A DNA stretch of 37,848 nucleotides from a virus (Duplodnaviria > Caudoviricetes): positions 1-37,848 of the IMG/VR virus record IMGVR_UViG_3300047479_000009. The stretch is one strand, 5' to 3'. This document shows positions 25,582 through 33,879 of the stretch, in pieces. The notes under the pieces are model-generated. The model saw only the letters and a list, made by a program, of their open reading frames with translations. It was not told where the DNA came from and did no database searches. Position numbers and translations under genes: made by a program. Every line of letters starts with the position of its first letter. The first letter of the stretch is position 1.

Positions 25582-26093
25582 TTAAGTTACCAAAACCAGA
25601 TGTTTATGCATATGAACTGGCAACGCACTCCAACACTTTGCAAGCGTTTTCTGCTGAAACGATGCTCGCATATACCGCAGAAGTAACCAAGGAACTCCGC
25701 GCAGAAGTGGAGCGGCTGAAGCAGGAGCAAGGCCAGAAGTGCAAGAAGCACCCGCGCTACTTCACATATCCAATGTGCCCAGATTGTGAGCTTGAAAAAG
25801 AAGCGGCTCGTAGGCAGGAGCAAGCGGTGCCGGTGGCGCGTATCCGTACATGGAAAAAAGCAAGTATGTTTACTGGAGAGCCAGAAGGTCACGGAGAAAT
25901 TGTTGACTGGCTAGATGGCGCAGATAGTTTGCCTGATGGTGAGCATGACCTATTCGCCGCACCCCAAGGCCAAACCGAGTTGCTAAAGCAGGCGTTGGAA
26001 ATCATGCCCTACCTTGAGGCGCTGAACAGTGACACAGAGAAGCAGAAGGTTGCGGCAATCTATTCGATCAAACAGCACTTGGGGGAAGCATGA
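25578..26093 (+). CDS. Modular hypothetical protein, partial paralog of 24416..25444
   Basis: Shares the ELRAEVER, QEQAxPV, APQGQT.LLKQAL and IKQHLGEA modules. Confidence 0.75.
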   Translation: MIKLPKPDVYAYELATHSNTLQAFSAETMLAYTAEVTKELRAEVERLKQEQGQKCKKHPRYFTYPMCPDCELEKEAARRQEQAVPVARIRTWKKASMFTGEPEGHGEIVDWLDGADSLPDGEHDLFAAPQGQTELLKQALEIMPYLEALNSDTEKQKVAAIYSIKQHLGEA

Positions 26094-26245
26094 CACCAAA
26101 CGAAGCCATAGGGTATGCCGTTGCCTTCTTTGTTGTGGTTGCAACTATCTGCGGGGCCATAGTTGTTTTGGCTATGTTCTACAAGGACTTCTGGAAGGAC
26201 AAGAAATGGCCCGCCCCCGCGAATCAGACTACACCAGCCACGTAG
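26090..26245 (+). CDS. 51-aa single-TM protein (not in ORF track)
   Basis: MTPNEAIGYAVAFFVVVATICGAIVVLAMFYKDFWK..., with an ATGA overlap. Confidence 0.6.
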   Translation: MTPNEAIGYAVAFFVVVATICGAIVVLAMFYKDFWKDKKWPAPANQTTPAT

Positions 26246-26433
26246 GCTACACCCGAGCTTTGGAGGCGTATTGCGACAAGATTGAAATTGCGCTGGATTT
26301 TTACAAGTTAGCTAAACCTGTAGAAAAATCTACATGGTGCAACATTCACGGTAGCTACGCTAGGTATCCAAACTGCCAACAATGCGCTGCAATTGAACAA
26401 CACTTTCGGATTTATAGAAATGAAACTGAATGA
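26206..26433 (+). CDS. Hypothetical protein
   Basis: MARPRESDYTSHVGYTRALEAYCD, after an AAGGA RBS. Start revised from 26029. Confidence 0.65.
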   Translation: MARPRESDYTSHVGYTRALEAYCDKIEIALDFYKLAKPVEKSTWCNIHGSYARYPNCQQCAAIEQHFRIYRNETE

Positions 26434-26653
26434 CAACAAAGCCATAGAGGTGCTTCGCTTTGAGCCTACCGGCGACTTGTACTGGCGCGGGCGAAAAATT
26501 GAATCTGACGCAGAACTGCGCGAGGCTGTGATTGACGTACACCGTTGCCTGTGCGTGAAGGCATACGCCAAACCAAGCAAGGTTTACGACATTACAGGCG
26601 CAGAGCCGCCGCCACCGGATTCGGGATTTGCAAAGCTAGGAGAGTTTGAATGA
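26393..26653 (+). CDS. Hypothetical protein
   Basis: 86 aa. Operon packing. Confidence 0.55.
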   Translation: MNNTFGFIEMKLNDNKAIEVLRFEPTGDLYWRGRKIESDAELREAVIDVHRCLCVKAYAKPSKVYDITGAEPPPPDSGFAKLGEFE

Positions 26654-26853
26654 AAGTCAGCGAACTGATTGAACTGCTGAAGACGTACCCGCAAGATTTG
26701 CAGGTAGCGCATGAAATGTATAGCGAGCAACTTCTTTTGGAAGATAAAGACTTGAGCGTTAAGGAATTATGCCAAGCAAGGCCGGACGGTTGGATTGAGC
26801 ATAAGCGCCCAGACAAGCCGACACAGACTTACCTAGTATTTGCAGGGAATTGA
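26650..26853 (+). CDS. Hypothetical protein
   Basis: MKVSELIELLKTYPQD, an N-terminus common in phage early proteins. AGGAG RBS. Confidence 0.75.
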   Translation: MKVSELIELLKTYPQDLQVAHEMYSEQLLLEDKDLSVKELCQARPDGWIEHKRPDKPTQTYLVFAGN

Positions 26854-26854
26854 A

Positions 26855-27046
26855 ATGAGCAAGGGAAGTAACCGCCGCCCGACAGACGAGGCAAAGTTTC
26901 AGGCGAATTGGCAAGCAATATTTGGCAACAAGAATCAGCAGCACCTAAGCGAAGTACCCGCTTCGTTGATAGAGGGGATTATGACTAGCGATAAGTGTGG
27001 GCACCCATTCTGCGACTGCAAGGACGTGTGTAAGGAGGCGAAATGA
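26855..27046 (+). CDS. Hypothetical protein
   Basis: MSKGS.RRP.D..KF..NW..IFG motif. Start revised to 26855. Confidence 0.65.
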   Translation: MSKGSNRRPTDEAKFQANWQAIFGNKNQQHLSEVPASLIEGIMTSDKCGHPFCDCKDVCKEAK

Positions 27047-27261
27047 CAGAGGCACAAGTTATTTCACGCGCAATATCACGCGCTTATCCTCCGGTTGTTA
27101 TGAGCCTTGAGGACGTTGCTGACGTGCTTGGGTACTCAGTCAACTATGTCCGTAACGACTTGCAGCACCAGCCAGGATTCCCGCCGAAGCTCGATAGGTT
27201 CAAGCAACCGCGTTGGGACAGGGCGACCGTGTTGGCATGGGCTGGTGTTCAGTCCAACTGA
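27043..27261 (+). CDS. xis: AlpA-like excisionase
   Basis: DVA..LG.S..YV........GFP......PRW....V..W. Convergent with the integrase. Confidence 0.75.
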   Translation: MTEAQVISRAISRAYPPVVMSLEDVADVLGYSVNYVRNDLQHQPGFPPKLDRFKQPRWDRATVLAWAGVQSN

Positions 27262-28241
27262 CCAGCCATGTCCTGCGCTGACTTGCGAAAATAGATCAGC
27301 AACGAGGACAGATCACGGTGCCCAATCATTCGGGCTAATTCGTGAATAGACAGTTTCTGCGCCAGCCGAGTGACCGCCGTTGCTCGACTGTCGTGGAAGT
27401 GCAAGTCTTTCAGTTTCAGCTTATCCCTAGCCCTGCGAAACACAACGTCCAGCACCGCAGGCTTGAGTGTGAACACCATTTCACTGTCCACGCCCTTCAT
27501 GCGCTCAAGAAGGGCCACGGCTACCTTAGACAATGGAACGTCCCTTGCGTCACCATTCTTGGTTTCTTCCAGTGTCACAAACCGCTTATCCAAGAATACC
27601 CTGCCCCACTCTAGCCCAAGCATTTCTGAAGCTCTCATGGCGGTTTCTAAGGCCAACAGAAGGGCTAAACCCGCTTGCTGTCCCATGCTTTCAGGCTTGC
27701 CAATAGGTTGGTAGCCAAGCTGGTTTAAAACCCCTGTAACCTCGCTGTCGGTAAACAATCGCTTCCGTGCTGGTGGTTGTGGTGGTTTCTTAACGTCAGA
27801 CAATGGATTTACAAGGATAGTGCCCCAATCCCGCCTAGCTGACTCAAACACACCGGACAGGATTGCAAGCTCTTTCAAAACCGTCGCAGGTTTGACCTGT
27901 GCTGCCCGAATGTCCCTAAAACGGCTTAGATCAGCCGCAGTGACCTCGTTTACTTGTCTCAGTACAGGTAGTAGTCCAGGCGTGGAAGAAAGCGATTTAA
28001 GGCGCAATGACACGTTAGCGCCCGACTTCATTTCTGGGCAAACTTCCTTACGGTAGCGGTCAATGGTGTCCTGTAAGGTAGCCTTTGCCACGCCCTTACG
28101 CATGGCCCTAAGTTCGGCCTCTTTTGCGTAGCCCCAAGCTGAAGCCTTAGACTTGCTGTCAAAGATTTGGGACTCTTGCGGGAAACCAACAAGCCTAACT
28201 ATCGCTTGGAATCCGGTGTCGCGTTTGCGTATGGTTGGCAT
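27249..28241 (-). CDS. int: Tyrosine recombinase (integrase)
   Basis: Catalytic motifs TAMRASE, TKNG, HFHDSR and GH...L.IY. Confidence 0.95.
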   Translation of the reverse strand: MPTIRKRDTGFQAIVRLVGFPQESQIFDSKSKASAWGYAKEAELRAMRKGVAKATLQDTIDRYRKEVCPEMKSGANVSLRLKSLSSTPGLLPVLRQVNEVTAADLSRFRDIRAAQVKPATVLKELAILSGVFESARRDWGTILVNPLSDVKKPPQPPARKRLFTDSEVTGVLNQLGYQPIGKPESMGQQAGLALLLALETAMRASEMLGLEWGRVFLDKRFVTLEETKNGDARDVPLSKVAVALLERMKGVDSEMVFTLKPAVLDVVFRRARDKLKLKDLHFHDSRATAVTRLAQKLSIHELARMIGHRDLSSLLIYFRKSAQDMAGQLD

Positions 28242-28415
28242 TTGGGCACATTTTGGTCACAGTTGAATCATGATAAACCATGAAACAACGTGACAAAACG
28301 TTGTGACCACCACTCGAAAACTCAAGAATCGAACACTATCTTGTACGATTCAGATTCATCTCTCCGGCACCATTCTCCACTGGAGAACCCCGTTTTTCGT
28401 CACAGTTTGGGCACA
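28241..28415. other. attP: tRNA 3'-end core (28353-28372) flanked by paired arm-type repeats
   Basis: Core GATTCATCTCTCCGGCACCA ends in CCA. Arm-type repeats TTTGGGCACA (28241), TTTGGTCACA (28252), TTTCGTCACA (28395) and TTTGGGCACA (28406). Confidence 0.8.
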
Positions 28416-28446
28416 GTACTAGTAACCTAGCAAGCCGCGAAACTGG

Positions 28447-30075
28447 TTACTTTTCTTTGGCGTAGTTGTAGCCAAGCAATCCAAGACTTGTACCTCCGCT
28501 GATTAAACTCAATAGCTCGTTAAGAGCTTTGCCGCTTTCGTCGTAACCAAATTCATGGATTGAGTCGCCATTGGTAAACAGTTTCCGCGCTGGCACTTGC
28601 TGCTGGATAACCCTGTAATTGCCGCCCAATGGCCCTTCGCCGTGAATTTTGGCGTAATCAGGATTGATTGTTACCCAATCGCCGTTATTGATCTTTGCAC
28701 CTTCCGCAACGTCACTAGGGACTGCGCGGTACATCGTGACAGGCGCATCAGGATTCCCCCTGTAAGCGTTTATCTTTCGGATTGTTCAACGGTCTAACGC
28801 AGGCTCTCCATGCCCGTAATACTGCGCTGCTTTTGGTGAATAAATGTCATCAGGATAAACCTTTGTCAGATCGTGCAAAGGTGCGCTTACATCATCGCTT
28901 TTCATGGGGGCTTTATGATGACCAACATACGCATCACGCTCGGCAGTAGTGGAAACTTGTTTTACAGGCTGTCCGTTGCGCTCAAGAATAGACATTTGCG
29001 GTCCATTTCCACTATGTCGCACGATTAGCTGATTGATTGGTACATCGTATGAATCTTCAGGGAATAGCGCCCTGCGTTGTGCGTCATCAAGTCCAATACG
29101 GGATTGTGTTGCGCGAGCTTCTGCCTCGCCTGCAAGCCGTTTGTAATACTCCTTTGCCGCCGTTTCTTGTGCCGCCCTATCAATCTCAGGAGTGATACCA
29201 GATTTGATTTGTTTTACATACTGCTTATAAGCGTCAGCCACTTCCTGAGTTATTGACCCAGTTCCCCACGCTTGTTTTGCATAGTCTTCAATTGGCATGG
29301 GGGTATGCATTTTCCCAAGCAATCCCTTGTAAATGCTCCACGCTTCAGGGTCAGAAAATGACATGGCAGAACTTCCGCCACGCGCAAAGCCTTCAATATC
29401 TTGTACACCATGCTGCACCTCATGGGCAAGAATTGAATTCAATGAGTTTTGCGTCGGCGCTCTAGCGAGTATGTTTGCACCTAAATATTGACCGTCCATC
29501 GTTGAAGTCCCATAAGCTCCTTTGGTGCGATTTGGAGACACTTCAACGTCTGCTTCAATATTTCTCAATTGTGGGTAAGCATCAAAAGCCGTTTTGTGTG
29601 TGTATGCAGCTTCCAATGGCCCTGCAATTCCAATTGATCCATTTGGAGCACCAACAGAAGTACTTGCAGCCTTATCGCTAATCTCCTGCCGCCATTTACC
29701 GTCTGGTGCCTTCCATGTACCTGTCTCGCTCCAAATCTGGCGAGGTGCCACACCTTGAGCGGATAGGTATTCAGCCTTCTTAGCTGCAATAGCGTCCCAA
29801 ACCTTAGCACCCTTACCGATAAACATCAGCGGGCCAATGTTTTCAGAAGCAAACCGTCCTGCTTGATTCTGCAAAGCCTGATTAGCAGGCCCGTAGCCTT
29901 TTTCCTTTACAGCATCAGCAAGCAATCCATTCTGCACCCGAGCGTCGTCATTGCCCTGCCCTACCGCTTGTTTCAGGTAGTCAATTGGAGAGTCTAGGAG
30001 ACTATTGACATTGCGCTTCAGTGCGTTAGAGCGCGAGTAGATAAAAGGTAGTACGTCACCCAATAAGCCTGCCAT
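28447..30075 (-). CDS. Polyvalent-type effector (LPD23-like + HExxH metallopeptidase + C-terminal ART-like domain) interrupted by an in-frame TGA at 28786-28788
   Basis: ETG.W...DGKWR.EISD, AHEVQH...LAGEAEAR, then ...ALDR*TIRKINAYRGNPDAPVTMYRAVP...GDWVT...SIHEFGY, all in one frame. Confidence 0.7.
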
Positions 30076-30077
30076 GA

Positions 30078-30593
30078 TTACCTCACCGGAGAAGAGTTAG
30101 CTAGCATTGCGTCCTTCGATTGACTGCCGTGGCTAGAGCCAAACCAGAAGGCCAACACCATCATCAATGCGCTATCCAAAGTACCAAGTACGCGCCCTAG
30201 GACAATCTCACTTGCTGGCTTAGGCATTTGTCCAAACAGCATTAGTCCCTCAAACGTCAGGCACAGCAAAACCACAATCCATGTCAGGATTGCAGGCGTT
30301 ACAGCTTTGGTAGCTACTTGCATTTCACGCGCAGATTTACGGTCATCAAAAACCAATTGCTCTTGCTTCAGTTGGTTATCGCCGCACCACTTCTTAAACT
30401 CAATCTCAGCAAGTTTGATTTGTGCAACTTGGTCAGGATTCAGCTTGTCGCCGTTTAAAGCCTCTGTAACCGCTTGGACGGTTTTCTCAGGCACTCCTAG
30501 CTTGTCAGCCAGAAAAGACGCTGCAACTCCACCAAACGGGCCAGCAATGGCAGTGCCCAACATAGGGGCCAATGTTTTCAGAAAATCATTCAT
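30078..30593 (-). CDS. Probable holin (3TM/GTA-holin-like)
   Basis: AP.LGTAI.GP.GG, DRKSAREMQ, two TM helices and FWFGSS.GS..K. Located in the lysis region. Confidence 0.7.
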   Translation of the reverse strand: MNDFLKTLAPMLGTAIAGPFGGVAASFLADKLGVPEKTVQAVTEALNGDKLNPDQVAQIKLAEIEFKKWCGDNQLKQEQLVFDDRKSAREMQVATKAVTPAILTWIVVLLCLTFEGLMLFGQMPKPASEIVLGRVLGTLDSALMMVLAFWFGSSHGSQSKDAMLANSSPVR

Positions 30594-30823
30594 AGTTCAC
30601 CCCAGTTAGTGATGTACTTACGTCCTTGCGTCAATTCCAACCACAGCATCCAAACCGCAGTCCCTGCGCCGTGCGCTTCTTCAAACCTGCCCTGCCGCAC
30701 ATACTGTTCACGCTTGGCAAGGATTTTTGCCATTGCCACAGCTTCCAATTCGGTAATGCGCTCGTCCTGCAAGTTGATTTGCGATAGGACGTTTTCAGCG
30801 TTTGGTAGATTGCTCATGGGCAT
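30590..30823 (-). CDS. Hypothetical protein
   Basis: About 77 aa, within the lysis operon. Confidence 0.6.
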   Translation of the reverse strand: MPMSNLPNAENVLSQINLQDERITELEAVAMAKILAKREQYVRQGRFEEAHGAGTAVWMLWLELTQGRKYITNWGEL

Positions 30824-31209
30824 CCAGGGCTTAACTTGTTGCCACCGTAGACGCGTCTTTCAAAGTGGTCTTTAGAGAATGGCCCTTGTGCGCTCTTTAT
30901 CTCGTCTGGGAGCCACTGCATATTCGACACCGCATCAATCCCGCCGCAATCAAGGGGCACGACATGATCGATTGCCCAACCCTTGCAGGCTCCGGTGTGC
31001 TTTCCTGTGGCTGGACAGGCCCATTGCTTTTTGAAGGCCGCGATAACTTTGTCGCTTCGCGCTGTTTTTCCATCGGCTGCGCGAACAACTTGCCCAACAT
31101 AGCGATAGTCCTTCATGGGGTCCAACGTCTGGGCGCGCACCGTGCCACTAAGCACGATGACCCAAATCAGGAAACAGATAGCGAAAACAATCCGGTGAAA
31201 GCGGCTCAT
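30814..31209 (-). CDS. HNH-like nuclease with an N-terminal signal peptide/TM helix
   Basis: Hydrophobic N-terminus ending VRA-Q, then CPATG...GAC.GW.IDHVVPL.CGG.D...NMQW. Confidence 0.65.
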   Translation of the reverse strand: MSRFHRIVFAICFLIWVIVLSGTVRAQTLDPMKDYRYVGQVVRAADGKTARSDKVIAAFKKQWACPATGKHTGACKGWAIDHVVPLDCGGIDAVSNMQWLPDEIKSAQGPFSKDHFERRVYGGNKLSPGCP

Positions 31210-31820
31210 GCAAGTGCCTCCTTTGCTTCTTGGGTGATGTGCTCACGCTCGGCCAGGCCAAGAAGCCCGCCATTCACGCGCTTGGTGATCTTGGTCACGT
31301 CACCCAGCATCGAATCGGGTATGCGGTCCTCCCACCAATGAATGCAGGCTTCCAGCGCAAAGCGTGGTTGTTCCAGCAGTTCAGGCGAGGTAACTAGGTC
31401 CTGGCCCATCAGGTCACCGACATGGGCATAGTTGTCCTTGCCGGTCAACTGGATCGGCGTGCGGCCACGGTAAAACCAGCCATCGCCAGGTTCGGTGTTG
31501 CCCATGCGCCCGCCATACACAAAGTTGGCCAGGGCCTCGGGGTTGTGCGCGAAGGGTTGTGCAGATTCCAGCGTGGGAAAGCGGCCCGGCCAGACTGCGC
31601 ATAGTCGCTCGGCGCTGTAATTCAGGTTCTCGCTCAACCGTGTGAGCTTGCCGCTTTCGTGCAGGATCTGGCCCAGGAAGTCATCGAGCTCTAAATCACC
31701 CTGGCTGAATGATTTTTCAGTGATCACGTCAGCGAACACCGGACCCCATGTCGATGCCGTGTGGTCATCCACACCGCAGGCGATCAGGATCATTTGCCAT
31801 TCGGTTGCGCTGCGTGTCAT
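31206..31820 (-). CDS. Endolysin, glycoside hydrolase family 19
   Basis: FLGQ..HESG....ENLNYS, GDGW.YRGR..IQLTGK.NY and TKRVNGG..GL.ER. Confidence 0.9.
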   Translation of the reverse strand: MTRSATEWQMILIACGVDDHTASTWGPVFADVITEKSFSQGDLELDDFLGQILHESGKLTRLSENLNYSAERLCAVWPGRFPTLESAQPFAHNPEALANFVYGGRMGNTEPGDGWFYRGRTPIQLTGKDNYAHVGDLMGQDLVTSPELLEQPRFALEACIHWWEDRIPDSMLGDVTKITKRVNGGLLGLAEREHITQEAKEALA

Positions 31821-32137
31821 TTCTGGCCTCGCTCAATCAAACGGTCTAGCTTGGCATCCAGGCGCGCAAACTGATCTTGCATGAGCTTGATGGCTTCACG
31901 AAACGAGTCCGACTGTTGCGTGTCTCGCAAGTGCAAAGCCATTGCGTCCTGCTTCAATAGCTCTACATCCTTCTTTATGTCTGCGATGGCCCAGATCACC
32001 ATGCCTGCTTGCACAAGAATGGTGAATATCAAACCTAGCGGCACCTTCTTATCAAGATGCCAACCCTCTACCTGTGGAGGTTGTGCACGTCTTTCGCCTG
32101 CGCGTCTGTCATATCCCGATTGTTGAAAGTCAGTCAT
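31817..32137 (-). CDS. TM + coiled-coil lysis-cassette protein (holin/antiholin-like)
   Basis: WHLDKKVP, one TM helix and R.D.KLDRLIE. Directly upstream of the endolysin. Confidence 0.6.
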   Translation of the reverse strand: MTDFQQSGYDRRAGERRAQPPQVEGWHLDKKVPLGLIFTILVQAGMVIWAIADIKKDVELLKQDAMALHLRDTQQSDSFREAIKLMQDQFARLDAKLDRLIERGQK

Positions 32138-32328
32138 TTCTTTTCTTCAGGTGCTGGTTCAAGAAGTTGAATCGTCTGAGTTACTGCCTGCTGTGTTGTA
32201 ACCACCGTGGCAGAGAGTAAGAGAAGGTTTTGCATAGGCACTTGGTTTTGCGCTACCCAACCGGCAGGCCCGATTAGTTGTGCACAGCCGGAGAGTGCGA
32301 CGGTGAGGGTTATGAGAAAGAGCTTCAT
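32134..32328 (-). CDS. Small lipoprotein
   Basis: MKLFLITLTVALSG-C lipobox. Confidence 0.65.
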   Translation of the reverse strand: MKLFLITLTVALSGCAQLIGPAGWVAQNQVPMQNLLLLSATVVTTQQAVTQTIQLLEPAPEEKK

Positions 32329-33806
32329 GCGATACCTGCTGCGTTGAGGCGGGCGCGGAGTGACTTAATCTCTGCTACTAAGTCGGCAATGACTTCCGCA
32401 CTACCTGCCTGCATGGATTGGTACTTTGGATTGCCTTCAGCATCTACCTCATCCTTGGAGCCGTTGACAGACTGCGCGTACACCGCTTGGAATTCGTGAG
32501 CCAAGAAACCGCGAGTGCGTGTACCGTCAGCCTTCCATTCGTATTCGACAGGATTGAGTGCGTCGATACGAGCACCGGCACCAGAGACAGGTGCGATTAC
32601 AGTTTTCAGTCGGTAGTCAGAAGTGGTGTTGTATAGGACTGCTGTTGTGCCTGATTGGGCAACGTTTCCAATGACAGTACCGTTATAGATATAACGCTGG
32701 TAAGAGGTAGTGGTTGGTGTGCCAGTAATGTGTCCAATGTCCACATTGCTTTGACCCGTACCAAACGCATTGGGCATTACCTCAATGCCGCCACTGGTGA
32801 CGTTTGCTGTTGCACCTACAAACAAATTCCCGCTGGCATCAAGCACAACAGAAGGTGTGGCACCCATAGTTGACCCGCCAGCAGCAGTGCTTTGGGTAAA
32901 TTCAAGGCCGCCTGTTGTATTCCAGTTGTGTGCAATAAACCAGTTCTTTTGAGTTGAACTGGTTGTCATTGCAATTCGACTTGACCGTGTGGCAACTGGT
33001 GTTGTTGGGCCTATTTGTAACGTAACATCAGATGCTGTTGTATCACCAAGCGTTGCATTCCCCGTAGCACTCAGCGCACCAGTGACTGCCAAGCCTGCTG
33101 CATTAACCGTAGCTATATCAGTACCCGTACTCTTTAGTCGAATAACCCCACCGTCAGAATTAAGCACAACATTCTTTGCAAGCGTTGCATGGGTGCTGCC
33201 GTACAAAAGAGCATAGGCAGAGCCATTGTCGTTTTGCAATCCACCGTTACCAGAAGCGGAGGAATATGTGGTACGTGCAGAAGCGCCTGATTGGGTGAAG
33301 TCAGAGCTTGCCGACAGTGCGCCGGTTACGGATAGGCCGGTGCTTGTCCAATTCGCAATACTTGAATCGTTGACTTTCAAGAAACCTTGTGTGGTTGCAT
33401 TGAGGTGCAAAGCACTTGCGTCATAGCGAACGCCAATAGAATAATTGGTTGCAGATGGAGTTACGCTTTGGGAATACAAAGCACCGTAGCCAGTGCCCAT
33501 ACCAGATGAGCCAAGTACAACAGCAAGACCGGTCGTTGCACCAGTACCTGTTCCGAAGTCTGCACGCCCACTAGCCGACAGAGTAGTAAACGCACCCGTA
33601 CTCGGTGTGGTTGCGCCTACAGTAGCGCCGTTTATCGTGCCTGCTGTTACGTTGGCTGTGGTGGATACAGCGCCGGTATGCAACTGCCGGACGAATGCGC
33701 CCACAGCACGCATTTGGTCGTCGAGTTGGGCTGGGCTGTCCGTACCCGCCGGAAAATTGCTGGCTGCGGTAGTGGAAAGGTCTGTGATTACAGTGCTCAC
33801 GGGCAT
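32325..33806 (-). CDS. Tail fibre with C-terminal intramolecular chaperone (peptidase S74)
   Basis: TSDYRLK cleavage motif, GFLAHE.Q, and GL.VTGALSA repeats. Confidence 0.9.
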   Translation of the reverse strand: MPVSTVITDLSTTAASNFPAGTDSPAQLDDQMRAVGAFVRQLHTGAVSTTANVTAGTINGATVGATTPSTGAFTTLSASGRADFGTGTGATTGLAVVLGSSGMGTGYGALYSQSVTPSATNYSIGVRYDASALHLNATTQGFLKVNDSSIANWTSTGLSVTGALSASSDFTQSGASARTTYSSASGNGGLQNDNGSAYALLYGSTHATLAKNVVLNSDGGVIRLKSTGTDIATVNAAGLAVTGALSATGNATLGDTTASDVTLQIGPTTPVATRSSRIAMTTSSTQKNWFIAHNWNTTGGLEFTQSTAAGGSTMGATPSVVLDASGNLFVGATANVTSGGIEVMPNAFGTGQSNVDIGHITGTPTTTSYQRYIYNGTVIGNVAQSGTTAVLYNTTSDYRLKTVIAPVSGAGARIDALNPVEYEWKADGTRTRGFLAHEFQAVYAQSVNGSKDEVDAEGNPKYQSMQAGSAEVIADLVAEIKSLRARLNAAGIA

Positions 33807-33879
33807 TTTGAATCTCCGGCGTCATCTCGACGTTTAGTGGGTTGATTGTAAAAATCTGGTAATGGGCTATAGTTGCTAC

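Larger units (their letters stand above)
25305..26095 (+). repeat. Dispersed direct repeats: 21 nt at 25305/25957, 13 nt at 25329/25981, 29 nt at 25418/26067
   Basis: CCGCACCCCAAGGCCAAACCG, TGCTAAAGCAGGC and ATCAAACAGCACTTGGGGGAAGCATGACA are each present twice. Confidence 0.95.

Noticed and set aside
25305-26095. Repeats as a DGR template/variable pair or a CRISPR array
   Set aside because: No reverse transcriptase or cas gene, no adenine-specific mismatch pattern, and no regular repeat-spacer period.
28330-28372. Complete tRNA gene
   Set aside because: Only the 3' acceptor/T-arm end is present, with no matching 5' GCCGGAG or D-arm. It is treated as the att core.
28786-28788. Genome-wide TGA recoding
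   Set aside because: Many genes end at TGA in ATGA overlaps and coding density is high under the standard code. Only this one internal TGA was seen.
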